The notes under the pieces: model-generated
What the model was told of the DNA's origin: nothing
Database searches by the model: none
The model's input: only the letters and a program-made list of their open reading frames with translations
Assembly: GCA_964016885.1 (NCBI GenBank)
Contig: OZ024741.1
Location: forward strand, 291,338,001 to 291,402,000
From: Eledone cirrhosa
Taxonomy: Eukaryota
Length of the DNA: 64,000 nucleotides
Direction of reading: 5' to 3'
Made by a program: the position numbers and the translations under genes
Shown: positions 41,870-55,231 of the stretch, piece by piece
How the letters are laid out: each line of letters begins with the position of its first letter
Position numbering within the stretch: position 1 is the stretch's first letter

Positions 41870-44280
41870 TAGTGGTGGTGGTGGTGGTGGTAGTGGTGGT
41901 GGTGGTGATGGTAGTAGTGGTGGTGGTGATGGTTGTGGTGGTGGTGGTGATGGTTGTGGTGGTGGTGGTGATGGTTGTGGTGGTGGTGATGGTAGTAGTG
42001 GTGGTGGTGATGGTTGTGGTGGTGGTGGTGGTGGTGGTGGTGGTGGTGGTGGTAGTGGTGGTGGTGGTGATGGTAGTGATAGTGGTGGTGGTGGTGGTGG
42101 TGGTGGTGGTGGTGGTGGTGGTGGTGGTGGTGGTGGTGGTGGTGGTGGTGGGGATGGTGGTAATGGTGGTGGTGGTAGTAGTGGTGGTGGTGATGGTAGT
42201 AGTAGTAGTGGTGATGGTAGTGGTGGTGGTGGTGGTGATGGTAGTAGTGGTGGTGGTGATGGTAGTGGTGGTGGTGGTGATGGTAGTGGTGGTGGTGGTG
42301 ATGGTTGTGGTTGTGGTGGTGATGGTGGTGATGATAGTAGTGGTGGTGGTGATGGTAGTAGTGGTGGTGGTGATGGTAGTAGTGGGGGTGGTGATGGTAG
42401 TATTGGTGGTGGTGATGGTAGTGGTGGTGGTGGTGATGGTAGTAGTGGTGGTGGTGATGGTTGTGGTGGTGGTGGTGATGGTAGTAGTGGTGGTGGTGAT
42501 GGTTGTGGTGGTGGTGGTGATGGTAGTGGTGGTGGTGGTGATGGTTGTGGTGGTGGTGGTGATGGTAGTGGTGGTGGTGGTGATGGTTGTGGTGGTGGTG
42601 GTGATGGTAGTAGTGGTGGTGGTGATGGTAGTATTGGTGGTGGTGATGGTAGTAGTTGTGGTGGTGATGGTAGTAGTGGTGGTGGTGGTGGTAGTATTGG
42701 TGGTGGTGATGGTAGTAGTGGTGGTGGTGATGGTAGTGGTGGTGGTGGTGATGGTTGTGGTGGTGGTGGTGATGGTAGTAGTGGTGGTGGTGATGGTAGT
42801 GGTAGTGATGGTGATGGTAGTAGTGGTGGTGGTGATATTAGTAGTGGTGGTGGTGATGGTAATAGTGGTGGTGGTGATGGTAGTAGTAGTAGTGGTGATG
42901 GTAGTGGTGGTGGTGGTGATGGTAGTAGTGGTGGCGGTGATGGTTGTGGTAGTGGTGGTGATGGTTGTGGTGGTGGTGGTGATGGTAGTAGCGGTGGTGG
43001 TGATGGTAGTGGTGGTGGTGGTGATGGTTGTGGTGGTGGTGGTGATGGTTGTGGTGGTGGTGATGATGGTTGTGGTGGTGGTGGTGATGGTAGTAGTGGT
43101 GGTGGTGATGGTAGTAGTGGTGGTGGTGATGGTAATAGTGGTGGTGGTGATGGTTGTGGTGGTGGTGATGGTTGTTGTGGTGGTGGTGATGGTAGTAGTG
43201 GTGGAGGTGGTGATGGTAATAGTGGTAGTGGTGATGTTAGTGGTGGTGGTGGTGATGCTAATGGTGGTCGTGGTGATGGTAGTAGTGGTGGTGGGGATGG
43301 TAGTAATGGTGGTGGTGGTGATGGTAGTGGTGGTGATAGTTGTGGTGGTGGTGGTGAACGTAGTAGTGGTGGTGGTGATGGTAGTTGTGGTAGTGGTGAT
43401 GGTAGTGGTGGTGGTGGTAATGGTAGTAGTGGTGGTGGTGATGGTAGTAGTGGTGGTGGTGATTGTAGTAGTGGTGGTGGTGATGGTAGTAGCGGTGGTG
43501 CTGATGGTTTTGGTGGTGGTGATGGTAGTAGTGGTGGTGGTGATGGTAGTAGCGGTGGTGGTGATAGTTGTGGTGGTGGTGGTGATGGTAGTAGTGGTGG
43601 TGGTGATGGAAGTAGTGGTGGTGGTGATGGTATTAGTGGTGGTGGTGATGGAAGTAGTGGTGGTGGTGATGGTAGTAGTGGTGGTGGTGATGGTAGTGGT
43701 GGTGATGGTGATGGTAGTAATGGTGGTGGTGGTAGTGATGGTGGTAGTGGTGATGATGATGGTTATTTTGGTGGTGGTGGTGGTAGTGCTAGTGGTGGTG
43801 GCGGCGGCGGTGGTGCTGGTAGTGGTTATGGTGGTCTTGGTGCTGGTGGTGGTGGTGGCTGTACTGGTACTTGTCCTGGTTGAGCTGGCGGTGGTGCTGG
43901 TGCTGGTAGTAGTGTTGCTGGTGATGGTGGTGGTTGTGGTGGTAGTTGTGGTGGTTGTGGTACTGCTACTTGTCCTGGTGCTGCTGGTTGAGCTGATTCT
44001 GGCGGTAGTGTTGCTGGTGATGGTGTTGGTGCTGCTGATGGTGGTGGTGCTGGTGCTGTTGGTGGTTGTGGTACTGGTACTTGTCCTGGTGCTGCTGGTG
44101 CTGGCGGTGGTGGTAGTAGTGTTGTTGCTGGTGGTGGTAGTTGTGGTGGTGGTGGTGGTAGTTGTGGTGGTGGTGCTGGTGGTGGTAGTAGTGTTGCTAG
44201 TGATGGCAGTGGTAATGGTGATAGTGATGGTTGATGCTGTTGTCGTTGTTGTTATCGTTGCTGTTGTTGTTGTTATTGTT
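41870..44280. repeat. (GGT)n-based compound repeat with a ~21-bp higher-order unit (GGTGGTGGTGATGGTAGTAGT / GGTGGTGGTGGTGATGGTTGT)
   Basis: Directly visible; changes to GGT/GCT/GTT after ~43850. Confidence 0.93.
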
Positions 44281-44550
44281 TGTTTGTTTTCTCTGTAGAC
44301 TTCCTCTATAAACTATATAACAGATGAGAAAAGCAGAAGATATGAGCACCCTTTCCATTTTTCTCTTATTCCTACAAACTGATTATGTATTTAATGAAGT
44401 ATTCCACCATAGAAATTAACTAAGGATGTTGAGCTCAAATGTCCAAAAGCATCATTCGATAACACACAAACACACGCCCCTCCTCTCTCTATTTCTATAT
44501 CTCTCCCTCTCTCACTATATATACATGTGTGTGTATATATATATATATAT

Positions 44551-44746
44551 AGTTTATAACAGGTTAGAAGCACTCTACAGTTTCTTCTGGAGTATAATAT
44601 CAATAATATTAATAAATGGAAACTATCTTTATAAATATGGTTTTATAAGGATAGTTTTGCCTTTCATCCTTACGGGGTCGATAAAATAAAGTACCAGTAA
44701 TACACTGGGTAATTGCTGGCCTTGTGCCTAATGTAGAAATAATTAT

Positions 44747-44807
<61 letters not shown>

Positions 44808-44908
44808 ATATTAATAAATGGAAACTATCCTTATAAAACCATATTTATAAAGATAGTTATTATACTCCAGAAGAAACTGTAGAGTGCTTCTAATCTGTTA
44901 TAAACTAA
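44551..44908. repeat. Complex inverted duplication around a SINE 3' half (44655-44742) and (TA)n
   Basis: AGTTTATAAC..GGAGTATAAT (44551-44598) inverted at ~44859-44906; AACTATCTTTATAAATATGGTTTTATAAGGATAGTT inverted at ~44823-44858. Confidence 0.8.
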
Positions 44909-45010
44909 ATTTGTTGAATAACCAACAAATTAAATAACTCATTTCTTATATATAGATAGATAGATATATGTGTATATATATAAATGTGCACACACACACA
45001 TACACATATG

Positions 45011-45045
<35 letters not shown>

Positions 45046-45148
45046 GTGCCTGTGTGTGTGTCTATGTGTATTATCGAATGAGAGCTGAACAGTTTGTTTT
45101 TTTATATTTTTTATCCGGTTCTGTCACTATTATTATCAACTTCATTGA

Positions 45149-46608
45149 GGGTGGTGGATTACCAGTATCGGTAGAGGGTCGGACGCCATGCTTTGCAGCA
45201 AAGAGTTACGGCCCTTTATGGTCTGAGTTCAAATCCCGCCGAGGTTAACTTTGCCTTTCATCCTTACGGGCGTCGATAAAATAAAGTACCAGTAACACAC
45301 TGGTATAATTGCTGGCCTTGTGCCAAAAGTAGAAATAATTATTATCAACTCCATCATCTTTATTATCACCTTTCATTCTGTCACTAACACCACCACCATT
45401 CTCATTCTCGCCACCACCATCGCCATCCTCGCCATCAACACCGTTACCATTATCACCACCATCTCTGCTAACACCACCATTATTGTCACTAACAGCATTA
45501 TGTCAATCAACATTTTAATCCTCGCCATTATTCACCTCAAAACCATCATCATCAACATCAGCATCATCGTCAACATCGCTACACTCTTCCTCATCATTAT
45601 CACCATGTTAATGCCATCATTATTGGATTGGCAGTATCGGTAGAGGGTCGGACGCCATGCTTTGACGCATAGAGTTACGGCCCTTGCCATTCTGAGTTCA
45701 AATCCCGCCAAGGTTAACTTTGCCTTTCATCCTTACGGGGTCGATAAAATAAAGTACCAGTAATACACTGGGTTATTGCTGGCCTTGTGCCGAAAGTAGA
45801 AATATTTATTATCATCAGGGCGGCGGATTGGTAGTATCGGTAGAGAGTCAGGCGCAATGCTTTGCAGCATAGAGTTACAGCCCTTTACGGTCTGAGTTCA
45901 AATCCCGCCAAGGTTAACTTTGCCTTTCATCCTTACAGGGTCAATACAATAAGGTACCAGTAATGCACTGGGATATTTGCTGGCCTTGTGCCAAAACTAG
46001 AAACAATTATTATCATCAACGGCAGTATCGGTAGAACGTCAGACAATATGCTTTGCAGCATAGAGTTATGGCCCTTTGTGTTATGAGTTAAAATCCACCG
46101 AAGTTAACTTTGCCTTTTTTTCTTCCCGGGTCGATAAAATAAAGTACCAGTAATGCACTGGGGTAATTGCTGGCCTTGTGCCAAAAGTAGAAACATTATT
46201 ATCATCAGCGTCCCTACTATCACTACCATCATCACTACCATCATCACTACCATCATCACTACCAACAACATCATATTTAACACTATCATGACAAACACTA
46301 TCGTCTTTACTATCACCAATTCCAACATTTTTATCATCACCAACACCACCACCAACATCATAATCCTCATCATCAGATTTATTATCATGCGGTGGAATGG
46401 CAGAATCGGTAGAGCGTCGGACATCCTGCTTTGCGGCATAGAGTTACGGCCCTCTACATTCTGAGTTCAAATCCCGGCAAGGTAAGCTTTGCCTTTCATC
46501 CTTACAGGGAAGATAAAATAAAGTGCCAGTAATGTACTGGGGCCAATTTACTCGACTTTCCACTTCCCTTCAAAATGTTGGCCTTCAGCCATATGTCGAA
46601 ACAATTAT
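45149..46608 (+). mobile_element. Cluster of five co-oriented family A SINEs (starts ~45149, 45624, 45819, 46021, 46389)
   Basis: Repeated TCGGTAGA..GAGTTCAAATCCCG..GTACCAGTAA..GGCCTTGTGCC..AGAAA blocks separated by ATC/ACC triplets. Confidence 0.88.
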
Positions 46609-46611
46609 TAT

Positions 46612-47740
46612 CTTCATCATCATCATCATCACCATCACCATCACCATCACCATCATCATCGTCATCATCATCACCATCACCACCATAATCATCATCGTCA
46701 TCATCATCACCATCACCACCATAATCATCATCATCATCACCATCACCATCACCACCATAATCATCATCATCATCACCATCACCATCACCACCATAATCAT
46801 GATCATCATCACCATCACCATCACCATCACCACCATAATCATCATTGTCATCATCATCACATTCACCACCATAATCATCATCACCATCACCATCACCATC
46901 ACCACCATAATCATCATCATAACCATCACCATCACCATCACCACCATAATCATCATCATCATCAGCATCACCATCACCACCATAATCATCATCATAACCA
47001 TCACCATCACCATCACCACCATAATCATCATCACCATCACCATCACCATCACCACCATAATCATCATCATCATCATCACCAACACCATAATCATCATCAT
47101 CATCACCATCACCATCACAACCATAACCATCATCATCATCACCAACACCATAATCATCATCATCACCATCACCATCACCATCATCACCATCACCATCACC
47201 ACCATAATCATCATCATCATCACCATCACCATCATCACCATAATCATCATCATCACCATCACCACCATAATCATCATCATCATCACCATCACCATCACCA
47301 CCATAATCATCATCATCATCATCATCATCACCATCACCAACACCATAATCATCATCATCATCACCATCACCATCACCACCATAATCATCATCATCATCAC
47401 CAACACCATAACCATCATCATCATCACCATCACCATCACCACCATAACCATCATCATCATCACCATCATCATCACCACCATAATCATCATCACCATCACC
47501 ATCACCACCATAATCATCATCATCATCGTCATCATCATCACCAACACCATAACCATCATCATCATCACCATCATCATCACCACCATAATCATCATCACCA
47601 TCACCATCACCACCATAATCATCATCATCATCATCACCATCACCATCACCACCATAATCATCATCATCATCATCACCATCATCATCACCACCATAATCAT
47701 CATCATCATCACCACCATCATCATCATCATCATCATCATC
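46612..47740. repeat. (ATC)/(ACC) compound triplet repeat with ACCACCATAATC punctuation
   Basis: Directly visible. Confidence 0.95.
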
Positions 47741-47887
47741 TTTAATTCTATTGGTATTTTCTGTGTTATAATTAATTTTCTTCTGTTCACTCTCGTGGTA
47801 ATAATAAAGAATGATAAACTCCTTGTTATTGTTTATTCTTGTTTTTCTTATTCAGACTTTCGTGATCAACGTATTTGTTGTTGTTGT

Positions 47888-47918
<31 letters not shown>

Positions 47919-48538
47919 AACGTTTTTATTTATTTATTTATTTAGTAAGTCATGATGTTTTGGTTTTAGATTTAAATGTATTGGTCCCAAGAGACTGTGG
48001 TATATATAAGGTTAGAGATTAGGGTGATAAACTGAGGGAGTGGGGAAATGAGAGAGGAGGGGCGCAATAGTGAAAGAGGAGTTGATGTGCATATGTATGC
48101 GTGAGTGTGAGAGTTAGTGAGAGGATGAGTGAGAGAGAGAGAGGGAGAGAGAGAGAGACAGAGAGAGAGAGAGGGAGAGGGAGAGAGAGAGAATGACAAG
48201 CGAATGACAAACAGGCAGTGGTGCAGTGAAGTAATGATGACCTGTGTGTATGCACGTATATAGTTGCACATTCACGCGTGTATAAATACATGCAAACAAG
48301 CATACATGTCTACATACGTACATACATACATACATACATACATACATACATACATACATACTTACCTACATACGTACATACGTACATACATACATATATA
48401 CATACATTACTTACATACATAAATATATACATACATGCATACATGCGTGTATAGATACATATATATAAATATATGTGTGTGTGTGTGTGTCTACATACAT
48501 ACATAGATACATACATACAAACATGTATACATACATCC

Positions 48539-48569
<31 letters not shown>

Positions 48570-48668
48570 CATACATACATACATACATACATACATGCAA
48601 ATATACATACATACACAAACACATATATATACTTACATACTTAACTACATACGTACATACTTACATTC

Positions 48669-48699
<31 letters not shown>

Positions 48700-48813
48700 C
48701 ATACATACATACATACATACATACATACATACATACATACATACATACATACATGTGGATAGGCTATACTTCTCACGCAATGTGATAGGCTATACTTCTC
48801 ACGCTATACTTTC

Positions 48814-48844
<31 letters not shown>

Positions 48845-48862
48845 CATACATACATACATACA

Positions 48863-48892
<30 letters not shown>

Positions 48893-48893
<1 letters not shown>

Positions 48894-49372
48894 GGCACTA
48901 AGGAATACTGGTGGAACCTGAAAATAAAAACTGCCACCAAATTAAAGCACAACCGGCCTGATATTGTAGTTTGGGACCACACATTGAAAACGTGTTCTGT
49001 TGTGGAGATCAGCTGCCCACTTGATGTAAACGTTGTCAGAAAAATACAGGAGAAGGAGGACATCTACGGACCATTGATGAGGAGCTTACAAATCCAGTAT
49101 CCAAGATACACCTTTAGCTTCATACCCATCATTATTGGTGCTACGGGTTATATACCAACCCGCTTGGACCAAAGTATGACCGAACTTGGATTTGCGGACA
49201 AAAAGCGCAGCTCCCTAATTCATAGTCTACAAATGGCTGCGATAGCTGGCACCTTCAAAATATGCAAAACATTCTTGCGATTCAAGGGATGACAATTTCT
49301 TTTCTTTTACAACCTTGCCACCAGGAAGGTGGCCGGTCAAAAAGATATACTCGAAATTAAGAGAAAGAGAAA
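48893..49372 (+). mobile_element. R4/Dong-clade LINE, 5'-truncated copy 1, in (CATA)n
   Basis: NRPDIVVWD..VVEISCP..IPIIIGATG; near-identical to copy 2. Confidence 0.88.
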
Positions 49373-49400
49373 ACATACATACATACATACATATATACAT

Positions 49401-50560
49401 GTGGATAGGCTATACTTCTCACGCGATGTGGATAGGCTATACTTCTCACGCAAGGAAGGCGGCCGGGGTCTAAAATCAATATTAACAACATATGAGACCC
49501 GGATAGTAACACTGAAGCAACACCTTCAACAGAGGAAAAAGGTTGGCGACCATCTTGCTCAGGTTTATGAGCATGAAAAAAGAAATATCATTAGAATAGC
49601 GACTGATCTGGAGGAGAGATATGGAATAAAGCCTGATATAAATCTCTCACCCAGAGAAATCGGAAGATCCTATTCAATGTTCAAACAAGAAAAAAAAATT
49701 GACCAATTTACAGAGAAAGTTGTGCATGGATACTTGAGGCGTAAAACACAGACCATAGAGGGGATAAACCACTCAAAAAGCCTGGCATGGAGTTCCGACA
49801 AGTTTATGACATCACACCTTGAGGGATATCTCTATGCAATACAGGAACAAGAAGTCCCTACCAAATATCTGCTGCACGAAAGAGGATGGCCAGCAGCTGA
49901 CAATAAATGTAGGCTATGTAAAACAAAGATCGAGGATGTAAGCCACATTGTTGCCAGCTGCGAAAGAATGTCATCTCGCTACTACCTCGCCATGAGACAC
50001 GATGGGATAGCTAGAACTATCTGGAACGCACTTCGGAAAACAAAATTAACAACAAACGAGGAAGAATATATTGAGACAGGTGGCACTAAGGAATACTGGT
50101 GGAACCTGAAAATAAAAACTGCCACCAAATTAAAGCACAACCGGCCTGATATTGTAGTTTGGGACCACACATTGAAAACGTGTTCTGTTGTGGAGATCAG
50201 CTGCCCACTTGATGTAAACGTTGTCAGAAAAATACAGAAGAAGGAGGACATCTACGGACCATTGATGAGGAGCTTACAAATCCAGTATCCAAGATACACC
50301 TTTAGCTTCATACCCATCATTATTGGTGCTACGGGTTATATACCAACCCGCTTGGACCAAAGTATGACCGAACTTGGATTTGCGGACAAAAAGCGCAGCT
50401 CCCTAATTCATAGTCTACAAATAGCTGCGATAGCTGGCACCTTCAAAATATGCAAAACATTCTTGCGATTCAAGGGATGACAATTTCTTTTCTTTTACAA
50501 CCTTGCCACCAGGAAGGTGGCCGGTCAAAAAAATATACTCGAAATTAAGAGAAAGAGAAA
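49401..50560 (+). mobile_element. R4/Dong-clade LINE, 5'-truncated copy 2 with open C-terminal ORF (to 50480)
   Basis: RLYFSRKEGGRGL, AIQEQ, CRLC..HIVASC (CCHC), RHD, RPDIVV..E restriction-like endonuclease. Confidence 0.92.
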
Positions 50561-51031
50561 ACATACATACATACGTACGTACATAAGTACATATATATAT
50601 ATGTACTTATGTACATATACATATGTATGCATGTATGTAAATCTTCTTCTGGTTTCAAAAATTTGTGAAATTATAAAACCAGAAGAATATACAAATACAT
50701 GCACACACACACATATATATATATATATATACATACTTGCGTGTATATATATATATATGTGTGTCTACATACATACAAATATATATATATGTGTGTGTAT
50801 GTACATACATACACACATAGATGCATACATACATACTTACATACATACTTACATACATACATACATATACATACATATATACATACATGCATACTTGCGT
50901 GTATATATACATATATATATTTGTGTTTGTCTACATACATACAAACATAAATGCATACATACATACATACATACATACCTACATACATACATACATACAT
51001 ACATACATACATACATACATACATACATACA

Positions 51032-51061
<30 letters not shown>

Positions 51062-51062
<1 letters not shown>

Positions 51063-51826
51063 GGACAGGATGAGACAACTACAGATATCTTGGACAGGAT
51101 GAGAATGTCAGATATGATGGACCCATAAATAAGGAGAGAACCAGAACTGAATACCTCAGAAGAGTAAAGAAAATATGGTCATCAGAACTGTCAGCGTACA
51201 ACAAATACATTGCCCACAATACTTATGCTGTTCCAATTCTAACGCCAACATTTGGCCTGCTGAACTGGTCAGTGCAAGAACTAAGTGAGATGGATGTTAG
51301 AACTCGAAAACTTCTCAGTGTTACTGGGAACTTTAACGTCAATGGTGATGTGGATAGGCTATACTTCTCACGCAAGGAAGGTGGCCAGGGTCTAAAATCA
51401 ATATTAACAACATATGAGACCCGGATAGTAACACTGAAGCAACACCTTCAACAGAGGAAAAAGGTTGGCAACCATCTTGCCCAGGTTTATGAGCATGAAC
51501 AAAAAATATCATTGTCAGAAAAATACAGGAGAAGGAGGACATCTAAGGACCATTGATGAGGAGTTTACAAATGCAGTATCCAAGATACACCTTTAGCTTC
51601 ATACCCATCATTATTGGAGCTACGGGTTATATACCAACCCGCTTGGACCAAAGTATGACTGAACTTGGATTTACGGACAAAAAGCGCAGCTCCCTAATTC
51701 ATAGTCTACAAATGGCTGCGATAGCTGGCACATTCAAGGGATGACAATTTCTTTTCTTTTACAACCTTGCCACCAGGAAGGTGGCCGGTCAAAGAAAATG
51801 TACTCGAAATTAAGAGAAAGAGATAA
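51062..51826 (+). mobile_element. R4/Dong-clade LINE copy 3 with an internal deletion
   Basis: YRYLGQDE..SELSAYNK..AVPILTPTFGLLNW; jumps at ~51513 from ...AATATCATT to GTCAGAAAA..., skipping ~630 bp relative to copy 2. Confidence 0.88.
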
Positions 51827-51845
51827 ACATACATACATACATACA

Positions 51846-53090
51846 GTCCAGACAACATTTAAATGTCGCATCATATCTCTCCGACAACATCTACGGACCT
51901 CGAAGCGTAGGAGACCCGTTTCTCGAGCAAGTCTATCTGCATGAAACAGATAAGATCATGAGATTTGGGAAGGAACTCCTCGAGAGATATTCTCTGTGTG
52001 ATAATCAAAAACTCACACCCAGAGATATCGCTCAGCAGTATCGCAGTGAATCCATGGAGGAAAAACTGCATGCCTATCAGCAAAAAATCATTCATGGATA
52101 TGTTGCCAGGAAGCTCCAGAGTGAGAGTAATATAGATAAGGAAAGTAGTCTATCTTGGACCAACAACCGCTATATTGACTCCCACTTTGAAGGATAGGCT
52201 TTTGCAATCCAGGAACAGGAGATTAGCACAAAATACCTGATTCACAAAAGAGATAGGGATGCAGGCAAAACACCTAGATATGATAACAAGTGCAGACTCT
52301 GCAGAACTAACATCGAGGATATAACCCATGTCATGAGCAGCTGTCCAAAGATGTCATCGCGGTACTATCTACCTATGAGGCATGATGTAGTGGACAAAAC
52401 ACTGTACGATGCAGTTCGTAAAAAAGATAGCCCCGATAATAAACACATTAAAAGCTACAGCAATGTGGAAGACATCCATGTACATAATATGAAAGAGTAT
52501 TGGTAGAATGTTCCAGTAAAAACCCCAATAAAATGCAAGCATAACAGACCAGATATTATGATATGGGACAGGGAAAAGAAAACATGCACAGTAGTGGAAA
52601 TTAGCTGTCCAACAGATGCCAATATAATATCAAAGATTAGTGAAAAGGAGAAAGAATCTGCAGATACTCCACCCTGATTACACCTTCAGATTTATGCCTG
52701 TGATTATTGGGGCAGTGGGATATGTTAGTAACTGCCTCAATACAAATCTTGAGAAGCTAGGCTTCATAGGAACAGAAAGAACACAACTAGTTACGAAATC
52801 ACAAGTACAATCCATTAATGGAACATTAAAAAATATGTAAAACATTCCAAAAATTTTGCATCTAATAACTGCATATACACATGCACAGATACAAAGCATA
52901 TACACATGCAAACATACAACTCAAAACATACACATACACACATACAATAACATCCATATCTACACATGCATACATACATATCTACCTAGTTGATGTTGTG
53001 TAAATTCCAATGAGAGAGTCTTGTGTCTATGTTAGAAACCGACTCTCTCCCTATTGGTAAAACTTTGTGAAATTATAAAACCAGAAGAAC
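51846..53090 (+). mobile_element. Second, divergent R4/Dong family copy with stops, also in (CATA)n
   Basis: HGYV, SHFEG*AFAIQEQ, CRLC..H..SSC, RHD, NRPDI, VVEISCP, PVIIGAVG; 3' end ...TTATAAAACCAGAAGAA. Confidence 0.85.
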
Positions 53091-53330
53091 ATACATAGAT
53101 ACATGCTCACATACAAACATAAATACATATATACAAGCATACATACGTGTGAGTATGTGCGAGTGTGTGTGTTTTTATGTATGCATGTGCATGTGCGTGT
53201 TTCTGTATGTTAAAAATACCAGTACTGTATCAAAAGGAAAAACTTACCCCACTCTATAAGATAAAGATCCTTAAAATGAATAGTGTGGTATAAATACTGA
53301 AGTCAATAGCATCGATTAGAACCTCTGTAT

Positions 53331-53978
53331 GACGTGCTCCAGCATGGCCATCTTACCATTGTAAAACGTGCCCTAACATGACCACAGTACAATGACTGTA
53401 GGACGTGCTGCTTTAGCATGGTCACAATATATTTCTTTCTATTTTTGTCACAAGCCTAGCAATTATCCCAGTACATTACTAGTACTTTATTTTAACGACC
53501 CCGTAAGGATGAAAAGCAAAGTTAACCCAGGCAGGATTTGAACTCAGATCGTAAAGGGAGGTAATTCTATGCTGCAAAGCATAGCGTCCGACCCTCTACT
53601 GATACAGCCAATCGGACACGGTCACCATATAATGTCTGGGTGATGTGTTCCAGTATTGCCATCGTGCAGCGTCTGTAAGACGTGCTCCAGCCTAGTCACA
53701 GTACAACACCTTTAGGACGTGTTCCATCTAGCCTGACCACAGTACAATGTCTGTGGCATGTGTTCCAGCATGGCCACACTACAATGTCTGTAGGACGTGT
53801 TCCAGTACGACCACAGTACCCTGTCTGTAGGACGCCCTCCAGTATGAGCACAGTACAATGTCTGTAGCTCGGGTTCCAGCATGGCCACACTACAATGTCT
53901 GTAGTACGTGCTCCAAGATGGCCACAGTACATTGTCTGAAGCCCGAGTTCCAGCATGGTCACAGTAAAATGTCTGTAG
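53331..53978 (+). repeat. ~37-bp minisatellite (consensus ~GACGTGTTCCAGCATGGCCACAGTACAATGTCTGTAG, ~13 units) interrupted by a SINE
   Basis: Units counted by eye; family A SINE on - strand at ~53432-53612. Confidence 0.88.
53432..53612 (-). mobile_element. Family A SINE (short form)
   Basis: CCCAGTACATTACT..GACCCCGTAAGGATGAAA..GGATTTGAACTCAG. Confidence 0.85.
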
Positions 53979-53989
53979 CCTGGTATTTT

Positions 53990-54383
53990 AGAGGATCAGA
54001 CGCCATGCTTTGCAGCATAGATTTACGTCCCTTTACGGCCTGAGTTCAAATCCCGCCGAGGTTAACTTTCATCCTTACGGAGTCGATAAAATAAAGTACC
54101 AGTAATGCACTGGGTAATTGCTGGCCTTGTGCCAAAAATAGAAACAAGTATTCAAGCGCTAAGGGTGGCAGATTGGCAGAATCGGTAGAGCCTCGGAAAA
54201 AATGCGTTACTATATTTAGTTATGGCCCTTTATGTTCTGGGTTCAAATCCCGCTGAATTTACCTTTGCATTTCATCCTTACGGGTCCAATAAAATAAAGT
54301 ACCAGTAACGCACTGGGGCCGATTTAGTCGACTTTCGCCTCCTCCAACTTGCTTGCTTTGTTCCAAATGTAGAAACAATTATT
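53990..54383 (+). mobile_element. Two tandem family A SINEs (short then long form)
   Basis: B-box and central domain present twice. Confidence 0.85.
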
Positions 54384-54676
54384 AATTAAACGCTAAGTTA
54401 CGGAAAAAACCAGACACAAATATAAAACAGAGCCACGGTCATATCCACATACACACACACATGCACACACATACGTACACAAACATACACGCAGACTCCC
54501 GTACATGCACACATGCGTATATGTGTAGGGGGTGCGAGTGTGCAGCTGTTATGTGGTAGGAGAGTGCTAAATTAAGTTGTCAAGTTTTGATACTACTTGT
54601 ATATTGACGAATTTCATTCCATACAATTCATATTTTATAAAGTATTTCCTTGATCAATTGGAAGAGAAATGATTAT

Positions 54677-54885
<209 letters not shown>

Positions 54886-54996
54886 ATAATTGTTCTGCAT
54901 CCCCTTGCATTGAACCACAAAGTTACTAAGACGAAACCTATATATTTGCTATCGTAGGTATGCATCTGTATATATATGTTGGTAGATATACTAATT

Positions 54997-55049
<53 letters not shown>

Positions 55050-55231
55050 TATGTGGTTGATGGCTGAGGGAAAAGAGTATTCAATACCGAAGTAGAGTTT
55101 TAATATTCATTTTATTAAGGCTAAATAGTGTGTCTTATTACTCTGGATTTTCGCCTGTTAATCACAGAAACTAAAGGACTAGAACGGTTTCATTGGTTTG
55201 AAATCATCATATGAATGAAACAGTTCTAGTT

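Noticed and set aside
41872-44298. 808-aa poly-Val ORF
   Set aside because: Alternate frame of the GGT repeat
46523-47920. Ile/Thr-rich 465-aa ORF
   Set aside because: ATC/ACC repeat whose start lies inside a SINE
53331-53978. CRISPR-like 37-bp repeats
   Set aside because: Units are contiguous with no unique spacers, there are no cas genes, and the context is eukaryotic
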